From contig BQJC01000004.1 of assembly GCA_021604505.1 (NCBI GenBank), forward strand, positions 88,117-152,116: a stretch of DNA of 64,000 nt, read 5' to 3'. The notes under the pieces were generated by a model. That model saw only the letters and a program-made list of their open reading frames with translations. It was not told the origin of the DNA and did no database searches. This DNA is from Nitrospinaceae bacterium (GTDB lineage: Bacteria; Nitrospinota; Nitrospinia; Nitrospinales; VA-1). This document shows, piece after piece, positions 1-9,271 of the stretch (positions are counted from its first letter, which is position 1; the number at the start of each line of letters is the position of its first letter). Position numbers and translations under genes: made by a program.

Positions 1-1
1 C

Positions 2-754
2 GATATAAACTCTGTTTTCAAAGATCCGACCACTTATAAATTCGAGGCCGCCTACCGGATTCTTGAAACCGGAACGCGAATCCGGGGAGCCTTTGCGACT
101 GGTTTCCGGGCACCCACCTTGAATGAGCTGTTCTTTCCCAATTTTGGCGACCCTTCCATAGCGCCGGAGGAAAGTAAGGGTTGGGAAGTGGGCCTCGATC
201 AAACCTTGTTTCGCAAAAAAGTAAAGGCCAGTGTCACCTATTTTGAAACGGACTTTGAAAACCTCATTCAAACGACAACCGTACCGGTGAGCGCTCAGTT
301 TCCGTTTGGCACCGCCGCCCAAAATGTCGCGAAAGCCACGACAAAAGGTGTAGAGACCGCTATCACTCTTGTTTTACCGCATAACTTCAGGGCATCGACA
401 AACTATACCTGGTTAAATGCCCGTGAAGAGGACGGCCAACCTCTTGTACGTCGCGCGGAACATAATTTCACGGCTAATGTAACCCACACGTGGAAAGAAA
501 AACTGGAAACACTATTGGGAATACGAGTACGAAGCGACACGCGTTCCAACAGCACGGGAAGCCGCATTACTCCCGCCTTCACCACCATGCGCGCCGCAGT
601 CAGCTATTGGGTCAATAAACATTTAAAAGTGACCGCCAGGGGTGAAAATCTTTTTGATGAACCTTATGAAGAAAACTTTGGATTTGGCACTGCCGGTGTA
701 TCCGGTTATGCCGGGTTCACCTGGTATTTTAATCCTCAGTCCGCAACCAATTAA
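2..754 (+). CDS. btuB: TonB-dependent outer membrane receptor, C-terminal part (BtuB-like vitamin B12 receptor), 5'-truncated by window edge
   Basis: Frame open from base 2 (DINSVFKDP...GFRAPTLNEL, PEESKGWEVG, ENLFDEPY), typical TBDR barrel motifs; directly upstream of cob genes. Confidence 0.8.
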   Translation, partial: DINSVFKDPTTYKFEAAYRILETGTRIRGAFATGFRAPTLNELFFPNFGDPSIAPEESKGWEVGLDQTLFRKKVKASVTYFETDFENLIQTTTVPVSAQFPFGTAAQNVAKATTKGVETAITLVLPHNFRASTNYTWLNAREEDGQPLVRRAEHNFTANVTHTWKEKLETLLGIRVRSDTRSNSTGSRITPAFTTMRAAVSYWVNKHLKVTARGENLFDEPYEENFGFGTAGVSGYAGFTWYFNPQSATN

Positions 755-822
755 TGGATTTATTCATGAACAATAAAAGATGATCACTTCGGCTCTTATA
801 AACAGGGGAGCTATTAATTAAT

Positions 823-2229
823 ATGACGGTCCCTCAGCAAAAAATTAAAGGCTTCATCATTGCCGGAACTCAATCGGATATTGGCAAGACTTCGGTTTCG
901 TTGGGATTGATGCGCCTTTTCGCTCGAAGAGGGTTGGCAGTAGCGCCGTTTAAAGTGGGCCCGGATTATATCGATCCGGGTCACCATTCCCGCGCCTGTG
1001 GACGGCCCGGTTATAATCTGGACTCCTTCATGTGCACGAAACCCTATGTTCGCAGGCTTTTCTCGGAAATATCGACAGGTTCCGATGTCGCCATCGTGGA
1101 GGGGGTCATGGGCCTGTTTGACGGCGCGTCTCCAAAGTCCGATAAAGGCTCCACAGCCGAAATCGCAAAACTGCTTGAACTTCCCGTCATCCTCATTTTT
1201 AACGGCGAAGCAACGGCACGCTCCGCAGCGGCTCTGGTGCAAGGATTCACAAACTTTGACCCTGCACTAAAGTTTTTAGGGGTGATCGCTAACCGGGTCA
1301 ATCATCCCGGACACGCGAACATACTCAAAGCCGCTGTAGAAAAATACACGTCCACCAGGTTTCTGGGTCATATACCCAGCGATCCGGAATTGACCCTGCC
1401 TTCTCGTCACCTGGGTTTATTACAAAGCCATGAGAATCGGGAGAGTTTTTACGACCGTTGGGCGGACCATCTGGAAAGCCATATCAACATCCCGGGTATT
1501 CAAAAATTTCTACGCTCATCTGTAAAGAACAGTTCCTTCAAAACCACCACTCAGACTCAGCGTTGGCCACGGAGAAAAGCTAAATCGTCTTGCAAAGTGG
1601 CTGTTGCCAAAGACGAGGCGTTTGCATTCTGCTATCAAGACACTCTGGATGTCTTTGCCCATCACGGTGTAGACATCTGCTTTTTCTCTCCACTCAAGGA
1701 TAAGGGACTGCCCGGGGAATGCGACTGGGTTTACCTTCCCGGCGGCTATCCGGAACTGCATCTCAAAAAACTCAGCGCCAATAAAACCATGCGCAGAAGT
1801 TTAAAGTCATTTGGAGAATCGGGAAAAGTCATCGTCGGCGAATGCGGTGGAATGATGTATCTGGGCAAAAATATTCGCGATGACAAAAATCAATCTCATG
1901 ACATGACGGGGCTTTTTGATTTTTCCACCACGATGGAACCCAAAAAACTCACCCTGGGCTACCGCATTCTAAAACTTCAAAAAAAGGGACATCGTGAGAA
2001 GGATTTGCGTTTAAAAGGGCACGAGTTCCATTACTCCAGTTTCACGAAAAACAGGGAAACGCCCCGCCTGCGGGAAACACGAGCTGGAAATTTTTCGACA
2101 ATAAAGGATGGATATTTCTATAAAAATTGTTTCGCGTTTTATTCCCATATTTACTGGGGCAGCTCTACCCCCTGGTTGCAATTTATTTTAAACAGAATTC
2201 AATCCGCTCGCACCGCGAAATCTTTTTGA
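823..2229 (+). CDS. cbiA: Cobyrinate a,c-diamide synthase
   Basis: SDIGKT P-loop, FKVGPDYIDP, IVEGVMGLFDG, LPSRHLGL, GATase part LPGGYPE/ECGG/GHEFHYS. Confidence 0.95.
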   Translation: MTVPQQKIKGFIIAGTQSDIGKTSVSLGLMRLFARRGLAVAPFKVGPDYIDPGHHSRACGRPGYNLDSFMCTKPYVRRLFSEISTGSDVAIVEGVMGLFDGASPKSDKGSTAEIAKLLELPVILIFNGEATARSAAALVQGFTNFDPALKFLGVIANRVNHPGHANILKAAVEKYTSTRFLGHIPSDPELTLPSRHLGLLQSHENRESFYDRWADHLESHINIPGIQKFLRSSVKNSSFKTTTQTQRWPRRKAKSSCKVAVAKDEAFAFCYQDTLDVFAHHGVDICFFSPLKDKGLPGECDWVYLPGGYPELHLKKLSANKTMRRSLKSFGESGKVIVGECGGMMYLGKNIRDDKNQSHDMTGLFDFSTTMEPKKLTLGYRILKLQKKGHREKDLRLKGHEFHYSSFTKNRETPRLRETRAGNFSTIKDGYFYKNCFAFYSHIYWGSSTPWLQFILNRIQSARTAKSF

Positions 2230-2240
2230 AAGATGTTGAT

Positions 2241-2795
2241 ATGAGAAAAATGCCGGCTTCAGACAAACGCAAGAGAAAGGGGTTGATCATCGTCAACACC
2301 GGCGATGGAAAAGGCAAATCCACCGCCGCCTTTGGAATTGCCCTGCGCGCCGCAGGGAACAAAATGAACGTGTTCATCATGCAGTTCATGAAGGGAAAAT
2401 GGAAAGCCGGAGAAAGGAAGGCGTTTGATCTGTTGGCGCCCACCATCGAAGTGGTCCCGATGGGGGATGGCTTCACCTGGGACACAGAAAACCCTGAACA
2501 GGATAGGAAAACCGCCCGCACAGCCTGGAACATCGCTTTTGAAAAATTAAACAGCGGCAAATATAAAATGGTGGTGCTGGATGAAATCAACTACGTGCTT
2601 CACTACAATTTTCTGCCCGCAAAAGATCTTATTGATGCATTAAAGAATAAACCTGCCGATGTTCACGTCATCTGCACCGGCAGAAACGCGCCGGACGAAC
2701 TCATCGAGATCGCGGATCTGGTAACGGAAATGCGTTGCGTGAAGCATCCGTTTGGAGAACAGGGCATCCCCGCCCAAAAAGGGATCGAATTTTAG
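2241..2795 (+). CDS. cobO: Cob(I)yrinic acid a,c-diamide adenosyltransferase
   Basis: NTGDGKGKSTAAFG, QFMKG, GFTW, VLDEI, TGR, KHPF...GIEF; ATG at 2241 preferred over the longer overlapping ORF. Confidence 0.95.
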   Translation: MRKMPASDKRKRKGLIIVNTGDGKGKSTAAFGIALRAAGNKMNVFIMQFMKGKWKAGERKAFDLLAPTIEVVPMGDGFTWDTENPEQDRKTARTAWNIAFEKLNSGKYKMVVLDEINYVLHYNFLPAKDLIDALKNKPADVHVICTGRNAPDELIEIADLVTEMRCVKHPFGEQGIPAQKGIEF

Positions 2796-2829
2796 GTTTT
2801 ATAAAAGAGTGATTATTTTCCAAACAGCA

Positions 2830-4212
2830 ATGAACTCACTTTCCTTAAAAAAACGTTTAAAAAAACACCCGTTGCTGTTAGCCATCGCTTTTTCGGCGGC
2901 GGTCCATCTGGTCGCTTTTTATTTTTCTCCCTCTTTTTCCACCCTGCCCCAACCCGATAAAGGAAAAGTGATCCGGATCAAAGCGGTCGTGGAAAAAAAA
3001 GCGAAACCCCTTGAGAAAGGCCGAACTCTGGTTAAAAGGAACGTGGCGCGAAAAAGCACTCCTGCGGCAGAAACACCAGATAATTACGCGCCCAAACCGC
3101 GGCCGAAGTCTGATATAATTGAACACGTTAAAGCTGTCACGAACGGCCCTTCCCCGGTTTCTACAAGGAACCCAGTGCCGACCCGAAACCTCACGGAAAC
3201 CTTTAAACCTGTGAATCCGGTCCAATCAAATACGTCTGCTCCACCTTTAGTTTCTGCAGTTACGGCCCATGAGTCATTTGTGATGCCTGATATCCTTCAG
3301 CCGGTGCCCAGAAAGAACAGAGCCGTCTCCCGGAACCCGGAAATGCATCTGGCCGTAGCAAGGGAAGCCTATCCTTTGAAAACTTTAAACGATTCGACAA
3401 AGGCCACCATCACCGCTTCATCCAAATGGAGTGGCGAAAGATTTGCCCAACAAACCACGGTGATTCAAAAACGTCAACCCCTTGAGTTTGACCAGACATC
3501 ATTAGCCAGTCCACCGGTATCTCTAGCAAGTAATTTGGGGCCAGCAAACAATTCGCGCCCGTTTAAAACCCTGCAGGCAAAAAGTCCACAAACCTTCAAT
3601 GAACCAGAGACGGCAATACTTGCAAAAAGAGAAATAGTGGGCTCAACGATTCAACACCAGCAACGAGCGGAAGTTCAGGTGCGGGCTCCTGAAAATTTGC
3701 ATTTGGAATCCACAGCGCTCCATCAACCCACAATGCCAGTTTACGCAAACTACTTTTCTTCGCCCCTGAAAAGCGCAAACCTTTTTAAAGAAGCCGCAAT
3801 TCCTTCCGGTTTTTCCGAGGAAACACTCAAGTCCGGGAACGAGGATCAAGAAGCCTCGGCAAAAATTGCCAATCTGAGTGTTGGAATCGATGTCATTTCG
3901 GAGGAAGGGTTGAAGAAAATCAAAAACGGATTTTCCACTCAAGTCCGGACAAAAATCGCGAAAGTCAAATATTACCCTCGCATTGCCCGTAACCGCGGGT
4001 TCGAGGGACAACCGGTAATCGCGTTTACTTTAGGAAGCAAAGGAGAACTGTTGGACTTATCCATCGCCGCCCCTTCTCCTTTTAAACTTTTGGACGAGGC
4101 CGCATTAAACGCCATCAAATCGGCAAGTCCCTACCCCCCGATCCCCGCGCCCCTAAAATTGAAATCCATGAAATTTAAAATTCCAATATCCTTTAATCTG
4201 GAGGAACGATGA
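2830..4212 (+). CDS. tonB: TonB family energy transducer (long Pro/Thr/Ser-rich linker, C-terminal TonB domain)
   Basis: N-terminal TM with SxxxH (SAAVH), C-terminal YPRIARNRGFEG...LDEAALNAIK...IPISFNL. Confidence 0.85.
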   Translation: MNSLSLKKRLKKHPLLLAIAFSAAVHLVAFYFSPSFSTLPQPDKGKVIRIKAVVEKKAKPLEKGRTLVKRNVARKSTPAAETPDNYAPKPRPKSDIIEHVKAVTNGPSPVSTRNPVPTRNLTETFKPVNPVQSNTSAPPLVSAVTAHESFVMPDILQPVPRKNRAVSRNPEMHLAVAREAYPLKTLNDSTKATITASSKWSGERFAQQTTVIQKRQPLEFDQTSLASPPVSLASNLGPANNSRPFKTLQAKSPQTFNEPETAILAKREIVGSTIQHQQRAEVQVRAPENLHLESTALHQPTMPVYANYFSSPLKSANLFKEAAIPSGFSEETLKSGNEDQEASAKIANLSVGIDVISEEGLKKIKNGFSTQVRTKIAKVKYYPRIARNRGFEGQPVIAFTLGSKGELLDLSIAAPSPFKLLDEAALNAIKSASPYPPIPAPLKLKSMKFKIPISFNLEER

Positions 4213-4940
4213 AATCTTCAAAAAAGGTTACATTTTTCTTATTTCTGGCCCTGGGGATTCTATCATCCAACGCCTACGGCGAAATCATTCAGGTCGACAG
4301 CGATTTCGATGGGAAACTGGACCAGTGGCACGAAATGTCCGAAGACGGCAAGCTCATCAAAATTGAATACGACACCAACGGGGATGGCAAGCTGGATCAG
4401 GTCGATATTTTTGAAGGCAACAAAAAACCCGTCCTCGCCAAGCTCGATCGCAATTTTGACGGAGTTCTTGACCAGTTTCAATTTTACTCCAAAAATTTTT
4501 CCCTCGAACGTATCGAAAAAGATTCCAGGTTTAACGGGAAAGTGGACAGAAAAGAATTTTTCGGTTCCAATCAAAAGATATCCCGCATTGAAATCGATGA
4601 AAACCTGGATGGCACGATGGATATTTTTCAATTTTTTGATAAGCAGGAAGTCTTGGTCCGGGTGGAATACGACACCAACAAAAATAACAAAATCGATCGT
4701 TGGGAATACTTTGCCGGCGAAGAAAATCTTCAGTCCGCGGCTTTCGATTCGAATGGCGACGGCAAGCAAGACCAATGGCAATACTTTAAAGGCTCAACAA
4801 CACCGGAAAAAGTGGAATACGACATCAATCTGGATGGCGAGGTGGACCGCTGGGAGTATTTTGAACCCTCCGGCCAATTGATGCGCGTCGAGCTGGACAG
4901 AAATTACGATGGAATAACCGACATGGTCAAACGCAGATAA
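4209..4940 (+). CDS. Secreted protein with ~9 tandem DxDxDG (EF-hand-like Ca-binding) repeats of ~25 aa
   Basis: Signal peptide; repeats DSDFDGKLDQW, DTNGDGKLDQ, DRNFDGVLDQ, DENLDGTMD, DSNGDGKQDQW, DINLDGEVDRW, DRNYDG. Confidence 0.75.
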   Translation: MKSSKKVTFFLFLALGILSSNAYGEIIQVDSDFDGKLDQWHEMSEDGKLIKIEYDTNGDGKLDQVDIFEGNKKPVLAKLDRNFDGVLDQFQFYSKNFSLERIEKDSRFNGKVDRKEFFGSNQKISRIEIDENLDGTMDIFQFFDKQEVLVRVEYDTNKNNKIDRWEYFAGEENLQSAAFDSNGDGKQDQWQYFKGSTTPEKVEYDINLDGEVDRWEYFEPSGQLMRVELDRNYDGITDMVKRR

Positions 4941-4956
4941 CAGGAGGTAATTCTTA

Positions 4957-5349
4957 ATGACAGCATTTCGAGGGTTGGTACTTTTTTCGCTTCTCTTTGT
5001 GGCTTCATGCGCTCCGGAGGCCACCAAAGAGGTTCCTCAAGAATTTAAAGCGGGACAAAAGTATTATCATAAAGTGTGTTCCAATTGCCACGGGGCCGAC
5101 GCAATGGGCAAGCACACTCAAGCCCCCCGACTCATCGATGCAGAATATATTGAAGAAAATTTTTCGGATGAGGAATTTTCCGAAACCATTATCCATGGAA
5201 TCAATAAAATGCCTTCGCAGAGAAGCAAGTTGACCGATGAAGAAATTGCGGAAATCATCAAATACCTGCGTTATTCCCAGAAAATAGCGGGCCTTGTCGT
5301 GGAAGAAGACGTCGAAGAAGAAATGTTAAACGATGAAGATGCTCAGTAA
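4957..5349 (+). CDS. Monoheme class I cytochrome c lipoprotein
   Basis: Lipobox VASC, CSNCHG heme motif, distal Met (KMP), LTDEEIAEIIKYL; RBS CAGGAGG. Confidence 0.9.
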   Translation: MTAFRGLVLFSLLFVASCAPEATKEVPQEFKAGQKYYHKVCSNCHGADAMGKHTQAPRLIDAEYIEENFSDEEFSETIIHGINKMPSQRSKLTDEEIAEIIKYLRYSQKIAGLVVEEDVEEEMLNDEDAQ

Positions 5350-5352
5350 TTT

Positions 5353-6417
5353 ATGCTCGAATCGATTCAAAAAACCATCCGCCAAATACAACCCGTAAAT
5401 AACGGCGACCTGGAGACGGCGCAACAACGGCTCGATTCCCTGACAAAGCCTCCGGGGAGTCTCGGGAGATTGGAGGAGCTCGCCCGGCGCTACGCCGCAA
5501 TTAAAGGGACCCACCTTCCTCGAATCGACAAGAAAACTGTTTTTGTTTTTGCGGCGGATCATGGCATCGCAACGGAGGGAGTCAGCGCTTATCCGCAGGA
5601 AGTCACTCCGCAAATGGTGCAGAACTTTTTGGCTGGAGGCGCCGCCATCAATGTTCTCGCCAGCCATGCCTCAGCGGAAATAAAGGTCGTCGATATCGGA
5701 GTCAATTTTGACTTCCAAAACTGCCCCGGCATGATTCACAAAAAAATCGCTCCCGGAACCAGGAACATCTCTAAAGGTCCCGCCATGACCCGTCAGCAGG
5801 CGGAAGAAGCGATAGAAATCGGGATCGACCTGGCAGGTGAATCGGTGAACCAGGGAACGGATGTCCTGGCCTCCGGCGACATGGGCATCGGAAACACCAC
5901 GCCGTCCGCGGCCATCATGTGCGTTTACGGGAACAAAAGCCCGCGTCAAACCGCGGGAAAAGGAACCGGCATCGACACGGCAACCTTCAATAGAAAAGTG
6001 GCCCTCATCGAACAGGCCATCAAAATCAACAATCCCAACGAAGAGGATCCTGTCGAGGTTCTTGCCAAAATAGGCGGATTTGAAATTGCCGGAATCGCCG
6101 GACTCATTCTCGGCGCCGCCGCCAAAAAGACTCCCGTTATCATCGACGGGCTGATCTCGGGAGCGGGAGCCGTCATCGCCTATAAACTCAATCCCACAGT
6201 GGGAGATTATATATTCACCTCGCATCAATCTCAGGAACCCGGCCATGAAATCCTGTTTCACCTCCTCGACCAACCGCCGTTATTTAATTTTGGAATGCGG
6301 CTGGGAGAAGGGACCGGCGCCGTTTTAGCCATGAACATTCTGGAAGCCTCGGTCAAAATTTACTCGCAAATGGCTACCTTTCAGGAAGCGGGGGTCTCCT
6401 CCAAAATCGGTCGTTGA
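5353..6417 (+). CDS. cobT: Nicotinate-nucleotide--dimethylbenzimidazole phosphoribosyltransferase
   Basis: LTKPPGSLGRLE, AADHG, GDMGIGNTT, GGFEIAG, MRLGEGTGA, MATF. Confidence 0.95.
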   Translation: MLESIQKTIRQIQPVNNGDLETAQQRLDSLTKPPGSLGRLEELARRYAAIKGTHLPRIDKKTVFVFAADHGIATEGVSAYPQEVTPQMVQNFLAGGAAINVLASHASAEIKVVDIGVNFDFQNCPGMIHKKIAPGTRNISKGPAMTRQQAEEAIEIGIDLAGESVNQGTDVLASGDMGIGNTTPSAAIMCVYGNKSPRQTAGKGTGIDTATFNRKVALIEQAIKINNPNEEDPVEVLAKIGGFEIAGIAGLILGAAAKKTPVIIDGLISGAGAVIAYKLNPTVGDYIFTSHQSQEPGHEILFHLLDQPPLFNFGMRLGEGTGAVLAMNILEASVKIYSQMATFQEAGVSSKIGR

Positions 6418-6422
6418 CAGCC

Positions 6423-7337
6423 ATGCCCTCCAGGCTTTCGTTTAAATTCCTGCTGTTTCTTGTGATTTTTTCCCTTCCCGCCACAGCCCTGGGGTTCAAC
6501 GACGATTCCACCGATGACACCCGCAGTTTACTGGAAATTCGCACGATTTGCGAAAATGGCAAAACGGTCATCGATTCCGATATCCAGCGCTCGTCCTGCC
6601 AGGGAGACGATGTCTACCTGAATCAGCTCAGAACCGGTCTGTTCAAAAACGGCGTCGAGATCACCCACGAAAAAATTCTCGATTTTAAAGTCGCCCGAAA
6701 CGGCAACGTCTATTATCGAACTGAAAAAGGACCCTACTTATATGATGAAGAAGGGCCGTTAAACAGCAACGGCAGTACCGTCGTTCTGTTTCTGGTCGCT
6801 TCAAACGGCGATGTGGTGTATTTGAACGACCGGGGAGATATTTTTAAGAACGGGTCCAAACTTTCCAGAGGCGCGGCTAAAGTTTCCGTCAACTTTGTGG
6901 AAATCGGATTCCTGGGAGAAAGAATCGCTCTGTTTGAAAATCCCATAGTCGCCAGAAATGGAAAAGCGGTTTACATCAATGACGCAGGGCATCTTTATGT
7001 GGATGGCAATCGCATCAATTCGAAGATCAGCAACGTGGTTGCGCTCAAGCTCAACACAGATGGAGATGTCTATTTCATCGACGACAACAACCGCCTGTAC
7101 CGTAACAAATATAAATTGTTTGACGGTCGTTTTGATATTCTCGAGTTTCAACTCAGCAATAGGGGAAAAGCTGTTTACCTCACGGATTCCATATCCAAAA
7201 ATCTATTCATGGAAGACAAGGTTCTACCGGCGGGTTCGCAGAAAGTGGTCAATTTCAACTTCAACAGTTCCGGCGAAGTGATTTACGAAGATGAATTGCG
7301 CCGGCTCTGGAAAGACGGCCGGCAGATCGGTCGATGA
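6423..7337 (+). CDS. Secreted hypothetical protein with internal ~36-aa beta-rich repeats (propeller-like)
   Basis: Signal peptide; recurring F-x-L/V-x-x-N-G-x-V-x-Y/F...L-Y/F-x-N/D-G pattern; alternative TTG start at 6414. Confidence 0.65.
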   Translation: MPSRLSFKFLLFLVIFSLPATALGFNDDSTDDTRSLLEIRTICENGKTVIDSDIQRSSCQGDDVYLNQLRTGLFKNGVEITHEKILDFKVARNGNVYYRTEKGPYLYDEEGPLNSNGSTVVLFLVASNGDVVYLNDRGDIFKNGSKLSRGAAKVSVNFVEIGFLGERIALFENPIVARNGKAVYINDAGHLYVDGNRINSKISNVVALKLNTDGDVYFIDDNNRLYRNKYKLFDGRFDILEFQLSNRGKAVYLTDSISKNLFMEDKVLPAGSQKVVNFNFNSSGEVIYEDELRRLWKDGRQIGR

Positions 7338-7402
7338 CGACCCTTCCTCATTCATCGCGGAATCCTAATGAGCCCTTTTCTGGTTTATGGACAGGCCTTT
7401 CC

Positions 7403-7431
7403 TTGACACCAACCCGGTTTTTGGCTAGATT
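7403..7431 (+). promoter_or_regulatory. Sigma70-type promoter for dapL-folK
   Basis: TTGACA-17 bp-TAGATT about 70 nt upstream of the ATG. Confidence 0.55.
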
Positions 7432-7499
7432 TATCGACTCGGTTTAAAATTCCCGTTTTATTTCATAACTCATTTATCAGTTCCCGGAGAGATAACAAC

Positions 7500-8741
7500 A
7501 TGTCCGACAAAGAAAGTTATATACAATCTCTATTCGCAAAGAGGCTGGGTGGAGACCAATTTGGCAAAGACACCAAGATTTATAAATTCGAAAAAATAAA
7601 ACGGGCGAAGCGAGCCGCTCTCGAAGAAAATCCCGGCAAGGATTTATTCGACATGGGTGTCGGCGAACCGGACGAAAAGGCCTATCCGGGAGTGATCAAG
7701 GCCCTGCAACTGGAAGCGGAAAAAGCCGACAACCGGGGTTATACCGACAACGGAATTCAGGATTTCAAGGACGCCGCCGTCACCTACATGGAAAATGTGT
7801 TTGGCGTCAAAAACCTCGACCCCAATAAACACATCAACCACACCATTGGCTCCAAACCTGGCCTAGCCATGGTTCCCGCGATTGTTATCAATCCAGGCGA
7901 TGTCACGCTGATGACCGTTCCCGGCTACCCGGTGATGGGCACCCATGCAAAATATCTCGGCGGCGACGTCGTGAACCTGCCGTTGTTGGAAGAAAACCAT
8001 TTTCTTCCCGATCTAAAAAGCATCGATCCAAAAATTGTGGAGCGCACCAAACTGTTGTATCTCAATTACCCCAATAACCCCACCGGCGCCACCGCCACAC
8101 GGGAGTTTTTCGAAGAAGTGGTCGAATTTGCCAAAAAGAATCAGATCGTCGTCATTCAAGATGCCGCTTACGCCGCTCTCAGCTACAACAATGAACCGTT
8201 GAGTTTTTTATCCGTTCCCGGAGCCATGGACGTCGGCGTCGAGTTTCATTCCCTGTCAAAGGCCTACAACATGACGGGCTGGCGGCTGGCATTCATCGTT
8301 GGCAACGAACTGGTGGTCAAAGGGCTGGCGCATGTGAAAGACAACGTCGACTCCGGGCAGTTCGCGGCCATTCAGAAAGCCGGCGTTTTTGCCCTCAACC
8401 ATCCGGAGATCACCGAGGAGATTCTTGAAAAATACCGCCGCCGATTGACTTTGATGGTCGACGCTCTCAATTCCGTCGGGTTCAACGCCAAACTGCCGGG
8501 CGGCTCCTTTTTTCTTTACGTCAAAGCCCCCAAAGGAATCGAGGGAGGACAACAGTTTAAAACCGCTGAGGACTTTTCTCAGTTTCTCATTAAAGAGATG
8601 CTGATCTCCACCGTACCCTGGGACGATGCCGGGTCCTATGTCCGTTTTTCGGCAACGTTCGCCGCCAGGGAACCATCCGACGAAAAACGCATCATGGATG
8701 AAATCAAAACGAGATTGTCCTCGGTTAAATTCGTTTTTTAG
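7500..8741 (+). CDS. dapL: LL-diaminopimelate aminotransferase (PLP class I)
   Basis: DMGVGEPD, IGSKPGL, LNYPNNPTGA, DAAY, SLSKAYNMTGWRLAF, DSGQF. Confidence 0.85.
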   Translation: MSDKESYIQSLFAKRLGGDQFGKDTKIYKFEKIKRAKRAALEENPGKDLFDMGVGEPDEKAYPGVIKALQLEAEKADNRGYTDNGIQDFKDAAVTYMENVFGVKNLDPNKHINHTIGSKPGLAMVPAIVINPGDVTLMTVPGYPVMGTHAKYLGGDVVNLPLLEENHFLPDLKSIDPKIVERTKLLYLNYPNNPTGATATREFFEEVVEFAKKNQIVVIQDAAYAALSYNNEPLSFLSVPGAMDVGVEFHSLSKAYNMTGWRLAFIVGNELVVKGLAHVKDNVDSGQFAAIQKAGVFALNHPEITEEILEKYRRRLTLMVDALNSVGFNAKLPGGSFFLYVKAPKGIEGGQQFKTAEDFSQFLIKEMLISTVPWDDAGSYVRFSATFAAREPSDEKRIMDEIKTRLSSVKFVF

Positions 8742-8773
8742 CGTTTCGGTGTGCCAAAAAGGATTTTTCTGCC

Positions 8774-9271
8774 GTGCCCAATTCAGCCTATATAGGCATT
8801 GGATCCAATCTGGGGTCGCCGCTGGCCAACTGCCAACAGGCTCTGACGCATTTTGAAAACCATCCGGAAATTCAAGTCACCGCATGTTCCTCATTTTATA
8901 AAACCCAACCGGTGGGGGTGACGGAGCAAGGCTGGTTCGTCAATGCCGTGGCCAAAATACTCACGGATCTCGAACCCCTGCCACTATTAGAATTGTTGTT
9001 GGGTATTGAAAAGGCGATGGGGAGAACCCGCGATAAAAAATGGGGACCGCGCATCGTGGATCTCGACCTTCTGCTTTATGAAGATCGAATTATAAAGATC
9101 CCCAGGCTTCAAATTCCGCATCCTGAAATGAATCGAAGACGCTTTGTGCTGGCCCCCTTAAGCGAACTGGCGTCCGGTACGATTCATCCGGTTGCCAACA
9201 AAACCATTCAGCAATTGCTGTCCGAATTACCGGAGAACGAAAAGGTCATCAAAGTTCACACAGCCACCTGA
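8774..9271 (+). CDS. folK: 2-amino-4-hydroxy-6-hydroxymethyldihydropteridine pyrophosphokinase
   Basis: YIGIGSNLG, FVNAV, WGPRIVDLDLL, IPHPEM..RRFVL. Confidence 0.95.
   Translation: MPNSAYIGIGSNLGSPLANCQQALTHFENHPEIQVTACSSFYKTQPVGVTEQGWFVNAVAKILTDLEPLPLLELLLGIEKAMGRTRDKKWGPRIVDLDLLLYEDRIIKIPRLQIPHPEMNRRRFVLAPLSELASGTIHPVANKTIQQLLSELPENEKVIKVHTAT

Noticed and set aside
1..822. Cobalamin riboswitch for the cob operon
   Set aside because: It would lie upstream of the receptor gene, outside the window; no B12 box seen in 755-822
2127..2240. N-terminal extension of cobO
   Set aside because: Overlaps cbiA by about 100 bp from a TTG; ATG 2241 gives a normal-sized protein
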